A stretch of 64,000 nucleotides of DNA from Chrysomallon squamiferum. Its lineage: Eukaryota; Animalia; Mollusca. Made by a program: the position numbers and the translations under genes. The stretch is from assembly GCA_012295275.1 (NCBI GenBank), contig CM022672.1, forward strand, positions 29,636,001 to 29,700,000, in the 5' to 3' direction. Each line of letters opens with the position of its first letter. The stretch's first letter is position 1. Positions 1-14,546 of the stretch are shown here, one piece after another. The notes beneath the pieces are model-generated. The model worked only from the letters and a program-made list of their open reading frames with translations. It was not told the DNA's origin and ran no database searches.

Positions 1-790
1 CCAGGACCGCTACATACGGGTACTTCATCTGCGGGAAAGAACCACCATGGCAACCTCTACTGCTTCAGCAGTACCAGGTCTGTGTAGAATATCGGCTCCG
101 ACAGTGAGCAATCGTCTACGCGAGGCAGGTATTTGAGCCAGACGGCCTGTAAGAAGAGTTGTTTTGACTCAACAACATCGTCGACTACGACGTCAGTGGT
201 GTCAAATGCACAGCGTCTAGCCTTAATTACGATGAAGAACTGTCTGGTTTAGTGACGAGGCTCGATTTCTGCTTTGTCGAGCTGACGGAAGATGTCGTGT
301 TTACAGACGTCGTGATGAACGTTTTGCTGCAAACTGCATGCAGGAAGCGTTGGTAGTGTGATGGCGTGCGCAGCAAGCTCATGCACTGGCAGGACCAACC
401 TGGTTCACATCCACGGCAACCTAACGGAACAGAGATACCGAGATGAAATTTTGCAGCCACATGACGCACCAGTTATGAATAATGGTATCGCTATATTCCA
501 GCACGACAATGCGAGACCACATATAGACAGACTCACACCAGCGTACCTACACAACAATAACATTCACGTCCTGCCCTGGCCCTCGAAATATCCAGATTTG
601 AACCCTATAGAGCATTTATGGGAAGAGTTGGAGAAAACATCAACCACAACCACAGAATCGTGCTCAGTTGGCATTACTACAGACAGAGTGGGCCCCCATT
701 CCACAAGGTGTAATTCCTAATGTCATTACTGCCATGGGAAGGAGATTTCAGGCAGTTCTGGACTCCCGTGGTGGGCACCCAAAGTATTGA
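1..790 (+). mobile_element. Tc1/mariner transposase remnant, decayed and cut by the window edge
   Basis: Translation gives QDRYIRVLHLR...TVSNRLREAG, VWFSDEARF, FQHDNARPH, WPSKYPDLNPIEHLW and ends GGHPKY*. These are Tc1 HTH and DDE motifs, with several stops and frameshifts. Confidence 0.92.
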
Positions 791-1671
791 TATTATACTG
801 TTATCTCCTTGAATTTTACCAATGTAATACCATCAATATTAATGAATTGCGAAAGTGTCTGTAAAATGTGAACATTCTGCTGCTTTCAGTTGATCCATTA
901 GATAGATATTCCCAATGTCAATAAAATCTACTCTTTTTTCCTTTCTGTTAGAGCACACACAAGTTGTACGGATAGTGACACTGTAATAGGAACAGATTAC
1001 ATTTCAGTCTACATTTCGCTCTGGTTCTTTTTAAATAGTCTTTCCATTCGTGCATGGCCTGGATACATGTTGTGAATGACATTAAGTACTGACCTCTTAG
1101 CAATGAAACTGTAGTATCGTTGTAGAAGAGTCAACTGATCTGTTTTCACTACACTCAGCCTAGCCCTCTGCTATGTACGAAAGACAACTTATTGCGAAAT
1201 CCAAGATTATCTGTCATTATGGTTTTCAATTCATATACCTGGGTGTATTAATAATGCTTTTATATTACTTTAAATGCTACAGTTTTTATTATTATTATCT
1301 GTTTTATCGCATGAACAGTGACAGCATAGCAGTCAGTCCCTCTAGTCAAACGATCTGCATAGACAAAACGATTTCACAGTATCTATCTCTATAAGACCTG
1401 CATTAAGTGAAATAAGTACACAAAAATAAATAAATAAATGGTGTGTTTTATATTCTTATATAACAATTGACAATACAGAAATATTGCGACACCTCTGATA
1501 ACAGAATGTATACGAAAAGTCTTGTGTGTGGTCTGTACGGGTAAAACATGTTTTCGTGGATCAAAATTTAGCTCCAGTCTGTTTAATTCAACAGATATAC
1601 TCTCCATTATTCAAATCATATTTGCAAAGAACTTTTTACTACATCATGTTAGAGGGTGTTTTTATTTGTTT

Positions 1672-1720
1672 CTGATTGGTGCGTCATAACAACGAGTCTT
1701 GTCTCAACTCGCAGTTTTAC
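1672..1720 (+). promoter_or_regulatory. Candidate promoter of the F-type lectin receptor gene
   Basis: ATTGG (reverse CCAAT), a GCGTCA half-CRE and an Inr-like GCAGTT lie directly before the signal-peptide exon. Motif match only. Confidence 0.25.
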
Positions 1721-1727
1721 TTTCTTG

Positions 1728-1812
1728 TTGGTTTTGTCTGAGTGCTGGATAGGTCTTAAATTTCTGGTTTGTTGTTTGATTTTACAGTCAGAACAAACGA
1801 TTCCTGGATATA
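1728..1812 (+). pseudogene. Signal-peptide-like first exon; start codon apparently TTG
   Basis: Reads (L)VLSECWIGLKFLVCCLILQSEQTIPGY then A|gtaagt. The phase-1 donor joins the 4132 exon to give GYINVARNK. No in-frame ATG. Confidence 0.5.
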
Positions 1813-1826
1813 GTAAGTTTTTAAAA

Positions 1827-1887
<61 letters not shown>

Positions 1888-3969
1888 ATGTTATCTTGAT
1901 GTTGTTACTGGTGGTGGTGTTGATGGTACATTCTTGAGAGAATTAGACAAATCATATACCAGGAAGATATTACGTTTCAGTGAACAATAATACACCTTCA
2001 GAACAGCGATATCAATATAAATAGCTAGGATTTTTTTATTGTTCTTGAAATATAAACAAGTTCAACAACAACAATAATAAAAACAAATTAATAATGATTT
2101 AAACATACTAACCATTAATAACATAATGTTTTGATGCTCATTATTTGTTCTTTTTTTTTTTCTTATCTTCTGTCTTCTTTCATGAAAATCTCTTGTTTAT
2201 TGTTTAGCGTACAGGTCCCTGATATACAAGTTTCATGAAAGATGAGTTCTTGACAACATAAATATACGTTGATAACAAGTACTTATATTCTGTGTTTCAT
2301 AGAAAAACATCCGTACTGTACACTTCTATATAAACTGTAAACTGTTTTGATCTTCACTACAGCAAGTACAAAGTACAGCAATATACACATTTCTTTAACT
2401 GTAATTATACTTTCCTGTATGTGAAGCCGTTTCTCATTTAACTCAAGTAAGGACGCAGTTTTAGTTTAAATCACTAAATACTATTAGTAAAATATAAAGG
2501 AAAACAGTTATTAAAAACAATAACAGTTATAAGAAGGTTGTTATTCCTGTAAACAAGAATGTAGAGATACTGTCATAACTATATATATTACTATTACAGT
2601 AAATACACTAAGTATACACGATTATTATGATTATCATTATGAACACTAATAACATCAGTTGCATTGCATATTTAATACAACTAGTTTTGAATATTGAGGC
2701 TATCTATTCAACTATAGGTACATTGGAGATCACAAAAATTACAATAAGTATCATAGTTGTTAATACTATTACTAATAAATACTATTAACAACAACGTAGC
2801 TACATTTCAGTAAGCCCAGAAGTAAGAAACAAATTGACGAAACATTAAAAAAAAATAATATAATAAAAGAGAGACGGACGGATGAACTAACTGAAAGTTA
2901 ACAAATAGAAAGACTAGTCGATAAACTCAAACCGTGTAATTAGATAAAAACATTTTCCACACAGATATTATTAAAATTGCAAACAGACTGAGTCTGTCTT
3001 CAAATGTATTACTGAACTGTCGTTAGTAAATTATTCACAGACATGTACTGAATACAAATTATTGAATGTTTTATGACTTGAGTAAAATATCGTGGAAATA
3101 TTTTGAATATTATACAGTAAGACAGGTTGATTTTTTATATTCGGCAGATATGAGACACACATAGACTGACAGAGAGAAAAAAAAATCAGCAGCTTTAGAA
3201 TATTCTGTGTAGAATTAACAGTATTTAAACCTTATGATGAACCAAAATACCCCTTCCCCAAAATCAATTTTTTTCTTTCACATAAATGTGGTTTGTTTCA
3301 TTCTTTTGTTGTTTCTTGTTGTTTTTGTTTTAACTTTTTCTCTCTGTGCGTCTGCATCCCCTGTTGTCTCTCTGTCTCGGTCTCTCTCTTTCTCTCACAT
3401 TTTCTCTGTATCTCTCATCTCTGTATTTCTTTTGTTCTCTGTCATAAATGTTAAACTAGTCGTTATTTTCACAAGGTGGAACAAGTTTTCATAATTATAC
3501 TTCCTTGTTCATTATTACTGCAAAGCTTATTGGCTGCTGTTTGGAAAATTTGTTTGTTCTTGTTTGCTATTTGATTCATTTCTCATTATTCCAAATGAGA
3601 CATCAGTTGTATCAAACAGCAGACTTTACTTCTCATTTTGTTTATTCTTAATTTCAATTTTCTTAAGTCAGAAAGTTTAAAATCTAAGTGGGAGACACAT
3701 TAAAAAAAAAAAATAAAATAAAAAAACAAAAAGAAGGTTTTAAAATATGAATGAAAAACTAATAAATCAACTAAAGAACATGGTATGTGAAAGATAGTCT
3801 AACAAACATGTTGTTAACGAAGTAGTGTATTACTGCTGTAAGACTATATATTGATAATATTATTACTATTTAATCTACTTATAAGTAATTATATGTATTA
3901 AAGGATATATACACATTTATTTTGTTAATGTTTGATTGTAAGATAAAGTTTGTAAAATATTTACTGTAC

Positions 3970-4003
<34 letters not shown>

Positions 4004-4131
4004 ATATATATATATATATATGTTTGTGTGTGTGTGCATGTGTGTGTTGTTCCTACTAAGGTAGTAATTTACTTTACTTATTTATTTATTCATTTATTCT
4101 TTCATTCATTTATATATGTGATATTTTTCAG

Positions 4132-4331
4132 TAAACGTAGCTCGGAATAAAAGTGCATATCACAAGAGCCGGGTTATGAAAATCACGCTTCACGAGGCGT
4201 TGATGGACAAACCCGTGGAACGTGGTCTGTATGTATAAACACAGCTACAGCGCAGCCTTACACATGATGACAAGTGGACGTAGGAAAACCTTACTTTATT
4301 CATGAAGTTAAAATATATTTCAGATCTGACT
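4132..4331 (+). pseudogene. F-type lectin (fucolectin/FTP) domain exon 1, disabled
   Basis: tttcag|NVARNKSAY, then a 1-nt frameshift, then GYENHASRGVDG...CINT...YT**QVDVGKPYFIHEVKIYFRSD|gtaagt. This fits the FTP pattern NVA..K.A, A...VDG, C.HT, WW.VDLG; WW has become TGATGA (4265-4270). Confidence 0.8.
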
Positions 4332-5313
4332 GTAAGTATGAATATTAAACTCTGAATATACAGAATGTGATATTAATTATGACAAATAGTTTTGTTCGTT
4401 AATTTTACCTTTTAAGTGAGGGAGAAGGACGTCAAGGTTTCATACCGTTTACTTTTTGTTGTTGTTGTTCTTCTTCTTCTTCTTGTAAAATTATTTCTAA
4501 ATGTTACAAATTATTACATTAGCTAAAGTTGATGTTTAGAACTTCTTAACGTGACCTCTGAACAAGTTTTGACGACACAGTTTATAAATATTAACTTTAT
4601 TCATTAAAATTGTACTGAAATGATTTTTTTAATTGAAATTTCTTTTTCTTTACACTTATTTATTTATTTATTTATTACTGACTTATTTACTTACTGTATT
4701 TAAATAATCTTTGATAACAGAAAGATTAAACAGTTTAGATAAAATTTGCAGTTGATTATGCTATTTACTGCGGTTGCTCATGTAGCCCATTCATGGATAA
4801 TTTAGATTTTTTGTGTTTAAATTGGAAATGAACAGAGTAGATTGATTTTGAAACTCTTCTATATTCTAGTAATGTCATGGGTAGAAATTTTCTCCTGACG
4901 AAATTGGAGTAAAACAGATACAATATATGAAAAATGCATGTTCTTGCTTCATTATTTTTATTATTATATTTTTATTCACATATTATTTTATTTTATTTTA
5001 TTTTATTTTATTTTATTTTATTTTATTATATTTTATTTTATTTTTTATTTATTTATTTATTTTTATTATTTATTTTAGTATTATTATTATTTTGGGGTAT
5101 TTCTTTTTCACTTGTTTTGGGGTCTTTTTATATCTGTTTCTTTTCTATGGACGTCCTTGAATAATGTATTTTTTATTTCATTATTTTATTTTATTAATAT
5201 TATTTGAATTTATTAATAAAATTGTTAAATAAATTGTATTTCATTGTTTAGTGTGATGGTAGTCTAGTTCTCGTGTTGATTCAAACTTCTAAAAACCTTG
5301 TAACTGAATTTAG

Positions 5314-5470
5314 TTAAATGGAGAAGGAATGGTGTACAGGTGTATGCTAACACAGCAGCGAGTCAGTGTAACACAGGACATCTGTGTGGAACTGTTACTG
5401 GTAGACCAAATGGAACTGATATTCCTGGAATTGTGAACATCACTTGTGACGTCAACGCAATATATGTTTT
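5314..5470 (+). pseudogene. F-type lectin domain exon 2, truncated by an (ACT)n/(AAT)n tract
   Basis: tttag|KWRRNGVQVYANTAASQCNTGHLCGTVTGRPNGTDIPGIVNITCDVNAIYV then simple repeat. The expected terminal CEVEV strand and donor are absent. Confidence 0.65.
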
Positions 5471-6646
5471 TTCTACTACTACTACTGATGTTGCTTCTTC
5501 TACTACTACTACTTCTACTACTACTACTACTACTACTACTACTAATAATAATAATAAAAATAATAATAATGAAAATAATAGTTCTTAATGATTCTTACAT
5601 AAAATAGTATCATAGGTTTTATGCAAGATATTGACAAATAAAATAAAGGTGGCATTAAAATGTTATCACACAAATTAAATGAGCTTAAATTCACACTCAT
5701 AATTCAGTGTCAAACCGATAACTGAAACATATTAAATAAATATATTCTTAATTTAAACTTATATCTTCTTATTAATTATTTACTATTTTATAATTATTAA
5801 AAAGATAAACGTAACTAAAATAATTCCTAATTACACTCAGGCAAGTTGTTTTGCTACAGAATCTCTGTATCACTCGTATTATCACGCAAAGATACGATAG
5901 ATAGATACACCATAAGTATCTCTACTAAGTTTTAGTTATTTGAGAATCCAGCCTTCATTGGTGCAATATGACATGTTGCATTATTAGAATGCTTCAGTTA
6001 TATACATGGATACTGATCATTTAGATCTGTCACGATATATTTCATACAAAAATATTTATTTTTCACTGACAGAGATAATTTTATAAAAATATTGTAATCT
6101 GTCAAAACATTATCTTAATAAATCAGGCAACCCTGAAACGTAAGCCACTTCTTCCAATATTCTTCTCTGTGTTTCGTCCTGAGTGAACTGAGTTTTGTAC
6201 TTTTGTTACATAGCGAAAAGTAACAGAATACATCACAGCAAACAGGTTATCCACAGTATTGATGGCAATGAATATTTTCTTGATATTCGATATCGCTGTC
6301 AATGATAGTGTTATGAACAGGATTTTTAATGCATATCATCACTACAGCAGTAACAAAATAAGAAAAAAAAAACGAAAATAAAAATAATACACAAACATGT
6401 TATTTACAGCTAATAATTAATTATCCAGCTGTTAATTTATCCTTTATTTGATCATTTTTTACTCATTCACTGATTCTTTCACGTATTACGTTAATGCTTT
6501 GTTCTTTTGTCCGTTAATAAATTATTTGTTCGTTCGTTCATTCATCATTCATTGTTCGACACATGTTTTGGTCGGCAGATGTCAAATAATCTGAAATAGA
6601 AATATACATTGATTATTTTTTACTATGACTTAATATTTATTTTCAG

Positions 6647-6693
6647 GTGCCAAAATACTGGAAGATGGCGTTTCATCATTTTTGCCGATCACG
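6647..6693 (+). other. Possible 47-nt exon of unknown identity
   Basis: Bounded by ttttcag and gtaaat and more GC-rich than its flanks. No recognisable motif. Confidence 0.25.
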
Positions 6694-7381
6694 GTAAATT
6701 ATTATTTTCATGTTTATACATTATTGAGACTTTTTAGTTGTATCAGATATTTAAACAGAAGATATTCGAATGCCTTACAGGACAGTAATTCATTAATAAA
6801 GAAATTATTATTATTATTGCTTCTTCTTCTTCTTTTTTACACTCACGATTTCAGTTTATGTTTACATGATGCGCCTTTCTGCACGGTGTGGTCTTTTAAC
6901 ACGATAGTGTTTTTACAATATATATCTGCGTTCCAGTATCCTTATTCAGCACTATGAACATTTGTACAATGTAACAATATATATTTATATCCCAGTATGA
7001 TGAATTAAGACGATAAACCTTTCTGTCGTTATTTACTTGTAACTGTATATATTTATATTCGAGTATGGTTAACTTTGTACAATATAACAACATGTATCTA
7101 TGTTCCACTATGGTTATTTAACTTTATGAACTTTTGTACAGTATTACAATATTTATAAGCTACTCAGTGGCCTTTCTGATTTTATCCTGTTTGTTTCTTC
7201 TTGGTTTTTTTTTCGTGTTGTAATTTTTTTTTTTTCTTGAGATATGTTCGCTGCAATATACATAAAATTAACTGAAATGTTTAAATAATCGTACAATAAT
7301 CAGTTTCGTGTACAACGATATACACAATGTGTGTCTGTCTGTCTGTCTGTCTGTGTCTGATTATGTATTTATGTGCATGTA

Positions 7382-7510
<129 letters not shown>

Positions 7511-7575
7511 TTTCTAATTTTAAACATTATTAATATTTTTCATTATTATTTTTTTTAATATTAGTTCTCTTTCAG

Positions 7576-8527
7576 GCATATGAAGAAAATAATTACTTTA
7601 TTCCAGCTCAAGATAAGTGACATTTCTGTCGACTAATTGAAAATATTGGAGAAAACGTTCATAGTTATTTTATAAACAAATATATGAATTCGTATTCATT
7701 ATAAAAAAAGTAATGTGAAATATTATATACACATGAAAGTTGTTGTTGTTGTTATTATTATTATTATTATTAGTAGTAGTAGTAGTAGTAGTCTTGTTGT
7801 TGTTATTGTTTTTGCTGTCGTTATTAGCACCAAACAGAAAGACTTTGCCAGATTTCTGGAGAATGATCTGAGAGAATGGCTGTGGACACATTGTAATGCT
7901 GACCAAAGTTGTCGAAGCTACCAAGGTAAATATTGTAACAACAGAATACTACCGATATGTAACTATGAATATAGTATTTTATCTGCAATACTTCAAATAT
8001 AAATATCTCATTACTGCTTTTTTAGCTTACAAATAATAATGAAATAAAAGCGAAGAGACAACTGTCTATATTTGAATGGAATCTTTAATTTGTACTGTTA
8101 TTTTGAATTATTAGTAAGTTATATTTTTGCAGGATTATGAAACAGTATACATTGTGTTCTACCTAACACAGAAACAAAACAGAAAAAAACATATAATTTT
8201 TCTTTTCTACTAAAATTTGCAATTATTAACATAACGTATTGTCTGATGATTTCAAAATGACGAAATGTAGCAATTATATAAATATGAAGTAATTTTTAAT
8301 GGATTAACAATATTTATACTTGAAATATTTTTTGTTACTGAATTACTTTTTTTTTTAGACTAGGTGTGAACCATACTGGGGAGACTCAAAGACGATTAAC
8401 ATTGGAGCCTTCACAATTTCTGTGATTGCAAAAAAGGAAAGAAGTGATTTTGTGTTTAGAAAGTTCTGCGTCACTCACAAAAAGGTACTTGTTAAAAAGA
8501 TATAAAAAGTTAATAAAATACTAGTAT

Positions 8528-8603
<76 letters not shown>

Positions 8604-9674
8604 CAATTTGCTCTATTTATTTTCACCAGTATGTTTGATGTAGGTAACCAATCTATTATAAAAACATAATCTAAATAAAAAGTTTAGTTTTTGCATTAAG
8701 TTTTGAAAAACATTTGATATCTTTGAGCCTTACGTATTGAAATATATCTGGCACATGAACAATTAAATCGGCAATTACTTGCTTTAAAGTTCTCTTACAA
8801 ATTGCACATTTCCGTTTTAATGAAATCTAAAAACGTTACTACAGTTCAAAGATTATTAGCATATATTAAACAGTTATTTCATATATTTCGAGAACGTAGT
8901 CAGTTATGCTCAGACAGTCTGTGTTTACCACACATAATTTCATTTAAATGACTCGATACAACAGGAAATATTTTGCCACGAAATAATGCTTCAGAATGTA
9001 ACATAATAACAATAATTAATTTTTTAATTTAATCTTAATTATTGTTATTTCTGCTTTCTAGTCTGGGAATTCAAAAACCTTTCAACAGTTCCACTTTTTT
9101 TCGTGGCCAGATCATGGAGTTCCAAATGTTCATAAATACAATTTTTGCTGAAAGTGAGAAAAACAGAACCTGTACTTCCTGGACCAGTAGTTGTTCACTG
9201 CAGGTAATAATTGTATTTTACACATTGATCTAATGAGCAAAGCACACACACACATACAGAAAATAACATTAAATAATAAAGCTGATATGCACGACAAGAA
9301 GATACACTATTACTAATAAATTCATTCTTCATTCATTTTGCTTAGTTTATGCTTTTACATTTAAAAAAAAAATAATAATACTGAGTTATAATACCGAATT
9401 CAGCACTTTTTTTTACAAATTAAATTGTTTTAATGTTTTCCAAAAATGAATAAATGTTAATAGTTTGTCCCTCATTGACACTGAACTGTATTGTTCGCCA
9501 TATCAAGATGTTATGTTATCACTAATGGTTTACTTCAGCGCTGGAATTGGCAGAACAGGAACGTACATTGCTCTGGACATTCTGCTGGACGAGCTGGAGG
9601 CGACGGGACGAGTCGACATCAGGAAAGTGATGATTCCACTGAGAGATCAGCGTAGAGGTCTCGTACAGACCAAG
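7576..9674 (+). pseudogene. Receptor-type tyrosine phosphatase catalytic-domain pseudogene, left copy; exons 7576-7612, 7828-7925, 8359-8484, 9062-9203, 9539-9674
   Basis: Motifs YFIPAQ, DFWRMI*E, IVMLT, RCEPYW, WPDHGVP, VVHCSAGIGRTG, QRRGLVQT, with the typical PTP exon sizes 37/98/126/136. Lesions: GT>AT donor at 7613, TGA at 7869-7871, 4-nt frameshift near 9135, last donor deleted. Confidence 0.93.
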
Positions 9675-9943
9675 ATCATCTTCAGACCAAAAATGTAAAA
9701 CACAGAACCATTCTTCACTGCAGTAAGAACTTATTTCTCAAACATAAAAACAGAAACTTTGATTAAATCAAATAATTAGACACAAGTGTTTGATTAAATA
9801 ACTAAAAAAAACCCACAAAAAACCCACACATAACATCAAATAACACAATCGCACAACAGTCAAAAAAGCAAATATGTGTATGTGTATTCAATAATAAACA
9901 AAACAAAAGGCCACCTGTACAAAATAGTTAAATAAAGAAATTA
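9675..9943 (+). mobile_element. 3' fragment of an I-group LINE, paralogous to 57206-57464
   Basis: Reverse-complement match to 57206-57464 by eye, and similarity to the LINE tail at 14040-14120. Confidence 0.65.
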
Positions 9944-10404
9944 TAGTTTGGCTAGTAACTCAAAGCAGAAAATAGGAAAACTCGTAAGTTGGTGCACTCG
10001 GAATTCAAGGCACCACTGTATATCTATCTATGTTACGGTACGGTGATTTAACATGATAGATTTAGACAACAATATACAGCATGTCCCAAAAGTAACCGAA
10101 CCGCAAACTTAAATAAAATTAGATATTAAAAATAACAAATTTAATTTCATCTTTTATGTCATTTTATGTTATCTTTTGTACTATTCATTTACTTCTGTCA
10201 GTCTTTGGAATGATTTTTGTTACCTGATTGTAGAGTTCTTCGTGATCGAGACTTCTGTTTTACCACGACGACGCGGACTTCTATGACGCGGTCTTTTAAT
10301 ACTGTTCATGTTCTCATAGGCGTTCCATGTTCTTTCTCTTACATAAATGTCATGACCGCATTTAAACAGTAACATGAAATTGAAATCATGACGTCAGTTG
10401 TAAA

Positions 10405-10900
10405 TTGGTAAAATGGCGGATTTATTGGCAGACATTAAACTCCGGCCTGATTGAAAATAATGATTATGATTTGATTTATAAAATGATTAGACATGTTGTT
10501 GCAGTTAGAAAACATCTTTATGACTGGAAGATTGAGCCAACTCCACAGTGCCTAGTGTGCGTCCGGCTGGACTCGGTCTTGCATGACTTTTTTCACTGCG
10601 GCAAAATTAGTTAATTTATTAAACGTATTGAACCGATTTTTTGAAAAACTTTTCGACACCAAGTTCAAACTAAATCCATGTAGAATGATTTTTGGAATAA
10701 AACACAAACCTGGCAACTATGCATCGAATTTAGGGATTCTTCTCTGGAGCAAAAGACCGAGAAGCGATAATCTACACTTATTAAGCAGATCATATAAATA
10801 TTTAAGAAAGAAATTTCACACTGGTATGTCATTTCAAAATTGACAGACAAAAAGGTTTGAGCCCGATTATTAATTTTGTTGATTACCAGGTGCAGCTGAG
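10405..10900 (+). mobile_element. Degraded non-LTR retrotransposon 3' end (zf-RVT-like, L1/Tx1 type)
   Basis: DLIYKMIRHVVAVRKHLYDWKIEPTPQCLVCVRLDSVLHDFFHC carries the C-x2-C...H...C zinc motif found after the RT domain. Frameshifted. Confidence 0.6.
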
Positions 10901-11080
10901 AAAAATGCACAACGATGTTTGACCACCATTAAATAGCAATTTAAGCGTGGCACCCAAGTCTTGTTTCAAGTGATTCATCGAAAACATTTGGAATTTATTC
11001 TAGGAGATTGTTCATAAACGTGATACCTGTGCGAAATAACGAAGGCGTTTCTATAAAAGAGGTTTTCACAAAATTTGATG

Positions 11081-14000
11081 TTTCTACAAAGCATGCAGAA
11101 ACATCAACACGCAGAACCCCAGCGACATTGACGCCTACTGCGCATCACTCACCAACACGATACACTCCGTTGCAATCAGATACACACCCAAAACCAGAAA
11201 ATGCACCGGGAAAATATCCACTCTCTGGCGGACTGAACGCATAGAAAACAAATGCAAAGAGAGAAACAAATACAGAAGACAATACAAAAAAGACAGAAAT
11301 CATTCTACGCACGAAAAATATAGAATATCAAAAAAAAAAGTTTCCAACCTAATACTCACAGCGAAACAAGAACACTGGGAACTTTTTTGCAACAACATCG
11401 ACCACAAAACATCAGTCAAAGACATGTGGGCCAAAGTAAAAAACATTCAAGGAAAAAAAACCCCACAGAATCAACACTCTCGTCAAAAACAACATCGCAT
11501 TCACTGACAAGCAAAAAGCGGACCTACTCAGCCAAACCTTCGCCAAGTCCAGCAGCAATTCGAACTTCCCACTGAAATTCGCAAAGAAACAACTGGACAT
11601 CCAAGCAATCGGCGAACACTCCGCAGACACAGAAAACAGGAAATACAATCAACTATTCAACATCAGTGAATTAAAACATGCACTCAAAAACAAGAAAAGT
11701 ACAGCCACGGGGCCAGATAAAATAAGCTACACAATACTACAACACCTACCAGATGAAACACTACTCGTCATACTCGAACTTTACAACACAATATGGACCA
11801 CCGGCAAGATTCCAACAAACTGGAAACACGCCGAATGTTTCAGCTTGCCCAAACCACACAAAGATCACTCATTACCCAACAGCTACAGGCCGATCGCGCT
11901 GACGTCACACATGTGTAAAACATTGGAAACAATGATCAACACACGCCTGAACCAGCATTTAAACGACAACAATTTAATCAGCAAATTTCAAATCGGCTTC
12001 AGGAAGAAACACAGCACAAACGACCAGATCACACGCCTGCAAACATCAATTAATCAATCTTTTCGAAAATCAAAAAAAGTCATAGCAATTTTTTTAGACA
12101 TTGAAAAAGCATTCGACATGGTATGGAGGGAAGGACTGCTAGTTAAATTAATCAACAACAACATCAAAGGCAACATGTTCAACTTTATCAAAGACTTTAT
12201 CAACAACAGAACCATAGCAGTCAAAGTAAACGGTCACACCTCAGAGAAAACGACAATCGAAAACGGCATCCCCCAAGGATCCGTGATCTCGCCAACACTC
12301 TTCAACATCTACATCAACGACATCGTCGCAACACTCGACCAACAAGACAACGCCAGAAATCCGCCAAAGGAACCGATAAATACAGCACTCTTTGCAGACG
12401 ACTGCGCCTTTTGGCGGGCAGGCCGATCGACTGCAGCAATACAGAAACAAATACAAAAAGACTTAAACAACATAAACGATTGGGCGTTGAAATGGGGCAT
12501 AAAGATTTCTCTTTTGAAAACGACGTGCCTCCTTTTCAACAAGAAATCAGACAACAGCAAGATCACACTCAACATCGACAACAACGTCATAACACAAACA
12601 AAGACATTCAAGTTTCTAGACATTCGACAGTCAACTCAACTTCGAATGCCACATACACAACATAATTGCATCCTGCAAAAAAAAACAATCAATCTTCTAA
12701 AGTTAATTTCCGGAACCAGTTGAGGAGCAAACGAGTCAACGCTGATTTTGATACACAAAGCGTGTATTCTCTCCAAGCTCGACTACGGAGCCACGGCTTA
12801 CTCGAATGCTCCAAAACTCTATTTAAAAAAACTAGATATAATTCAATCAAGTGCCCTCAGGGTGACCGGCCACCTGCCAAACACAACAGCATTCGACAGC
12901 CTCCTGTCGGAATACAGCATCCAACCATTAAAATACAGAAGAAAACTGCAGCTATTAAAATACAACCTGAAAATACACACACTCAACACAGACCACCCGG
13001 TCAAGGATCTGGTCCCCGAAGAACAAAGGATAGGACAACTCTTCAAATCGCATAGTCTACTACTATCGAATTTCCCGACAACAGCTAGCGAAATCGAAAG
13101 GGAAACAGGAATAGGTGAAATGCCACTGCCGGCATACCACAAAGAAACAAAACCAACAATAAACACACCTTTCCTGATCAAAAGAGAAACTAACAAAACA
13201 GAGATCCAACCATTCAAAAAAATCATTTTTTTTTTTGGCAGCAGCAAACGACCACTACAAACAACACACGCACATCTACACTGACGGATCCAAAAACCCA
13301 GACAACGGGAGAGTAGGATTCGCCTTTATAGCCCAAGATCACATAAACAAATCGGCCGTATCAGAAATCACCTTTCGGTATATACGGCCGAGTTGGTAGC
13401 CATCATCAGAGCCATGCTGTGGGTAAAACACAACAACAACAAACACACAGTCATATTCTCGGACAGTCTAAGTTCCGTGATCTCAGTACAATCCGGAAGT
13501 TCCAGCAGACCAGACCTGCTCAGCAAAATACAACAACTACACAAGGACATACAACACAACAAGAAAGAACTAACCATCGAGTGGCTCCCAGCACACGTCG
13601 GCATCATCGGCAACGAACTTGCCGACCATTACGCCAAAGAGTCACTCACCATTAAAGACGAAGACATCTGCACAGACATACATTACGGAATAAACGAAAT
13701 TGTCTCCATCGCTGCCAAACATTACGACAAACAATGGCAAAACGAATGGAACAACACCAAAAACAAATGGCACTTAAACATCAAACCACTCGCCAAAACA
13801 CCCAAAATCACACTCGCCAACAAACTACACAACAACAGTCTCACCAAAGCCAGAATTAGTTACTCAACCAACCTAAACGCAATTCGATACCAACATAACA
13901 TCACCACATCATCCAACTGCAGTTGTGGACTCTCAGAAACCATGAAACACTACTTGTTTCACTGTCCAAATTTTGCCAAGGAAAGACAAGCACTACGCAA

Positions 14001-14518
14001 TACATTGGAGGAACTAAAAATCGAGTTCACGCTCCAACACATCCTGGCACCAAACAAAAAAGACAGAGAGTTAGTCTTCGCTGCAGTAACACATTTTTTT
14101 TTTTTTGACACAAAAACAAACAACAATTATATAAATCTATTGACTTGCGGATTGATTGGTTGAACAGCTGATGGATCTACGGATGGATCGGCTGATTGAC
14201 GAATCAATTTGAATGGCCAATTAAATTAATAATTAAAAAATGATAAACGTACTATACGAACCCACTTTCAGACAATACTAACCCGGTTATGGTGTCTTAT
14301 TTCAATTTAATTTTTTATAATTTAATTAATAGAATTTTTTTTTTCTTCTCATATTCTTAGTCCTACCTTCAGGATTTATTACACCTTTTAAATTAAAATA
14401 AAATGTAAATAAGTTAACTACATTTATGTTCTTATTTGTTTTAGTTGCAGATTTTTTATAATATGTTTTAAAACAATAAGAAGACCATTGGCAAAAAAAA
14501 AAAAAAAAAAAAAAAAAC
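11081..14518 (+). mobile_element. 5'-truncated I-group LINE ORF2 (RT, RNase H, CCHC) with 3' UTR and A-tail
   Basis: RT motifs YRPIALTS, FLDIEKAFD, GIPQGSVISP, LFADD. RNase H motifs YTDGSK, TAELVAI, IFSDS, WLPAHVGIIGNELAD. C-terminal CSCGLSETMKHYLFHC. A-run near 14493-14517. One stop (12721-12723) and a few frameshifts. Confidence 0.93.
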
Positions 14519-14546
14519 AGGTTTGGACTACGTGGACCAGAAGGAA

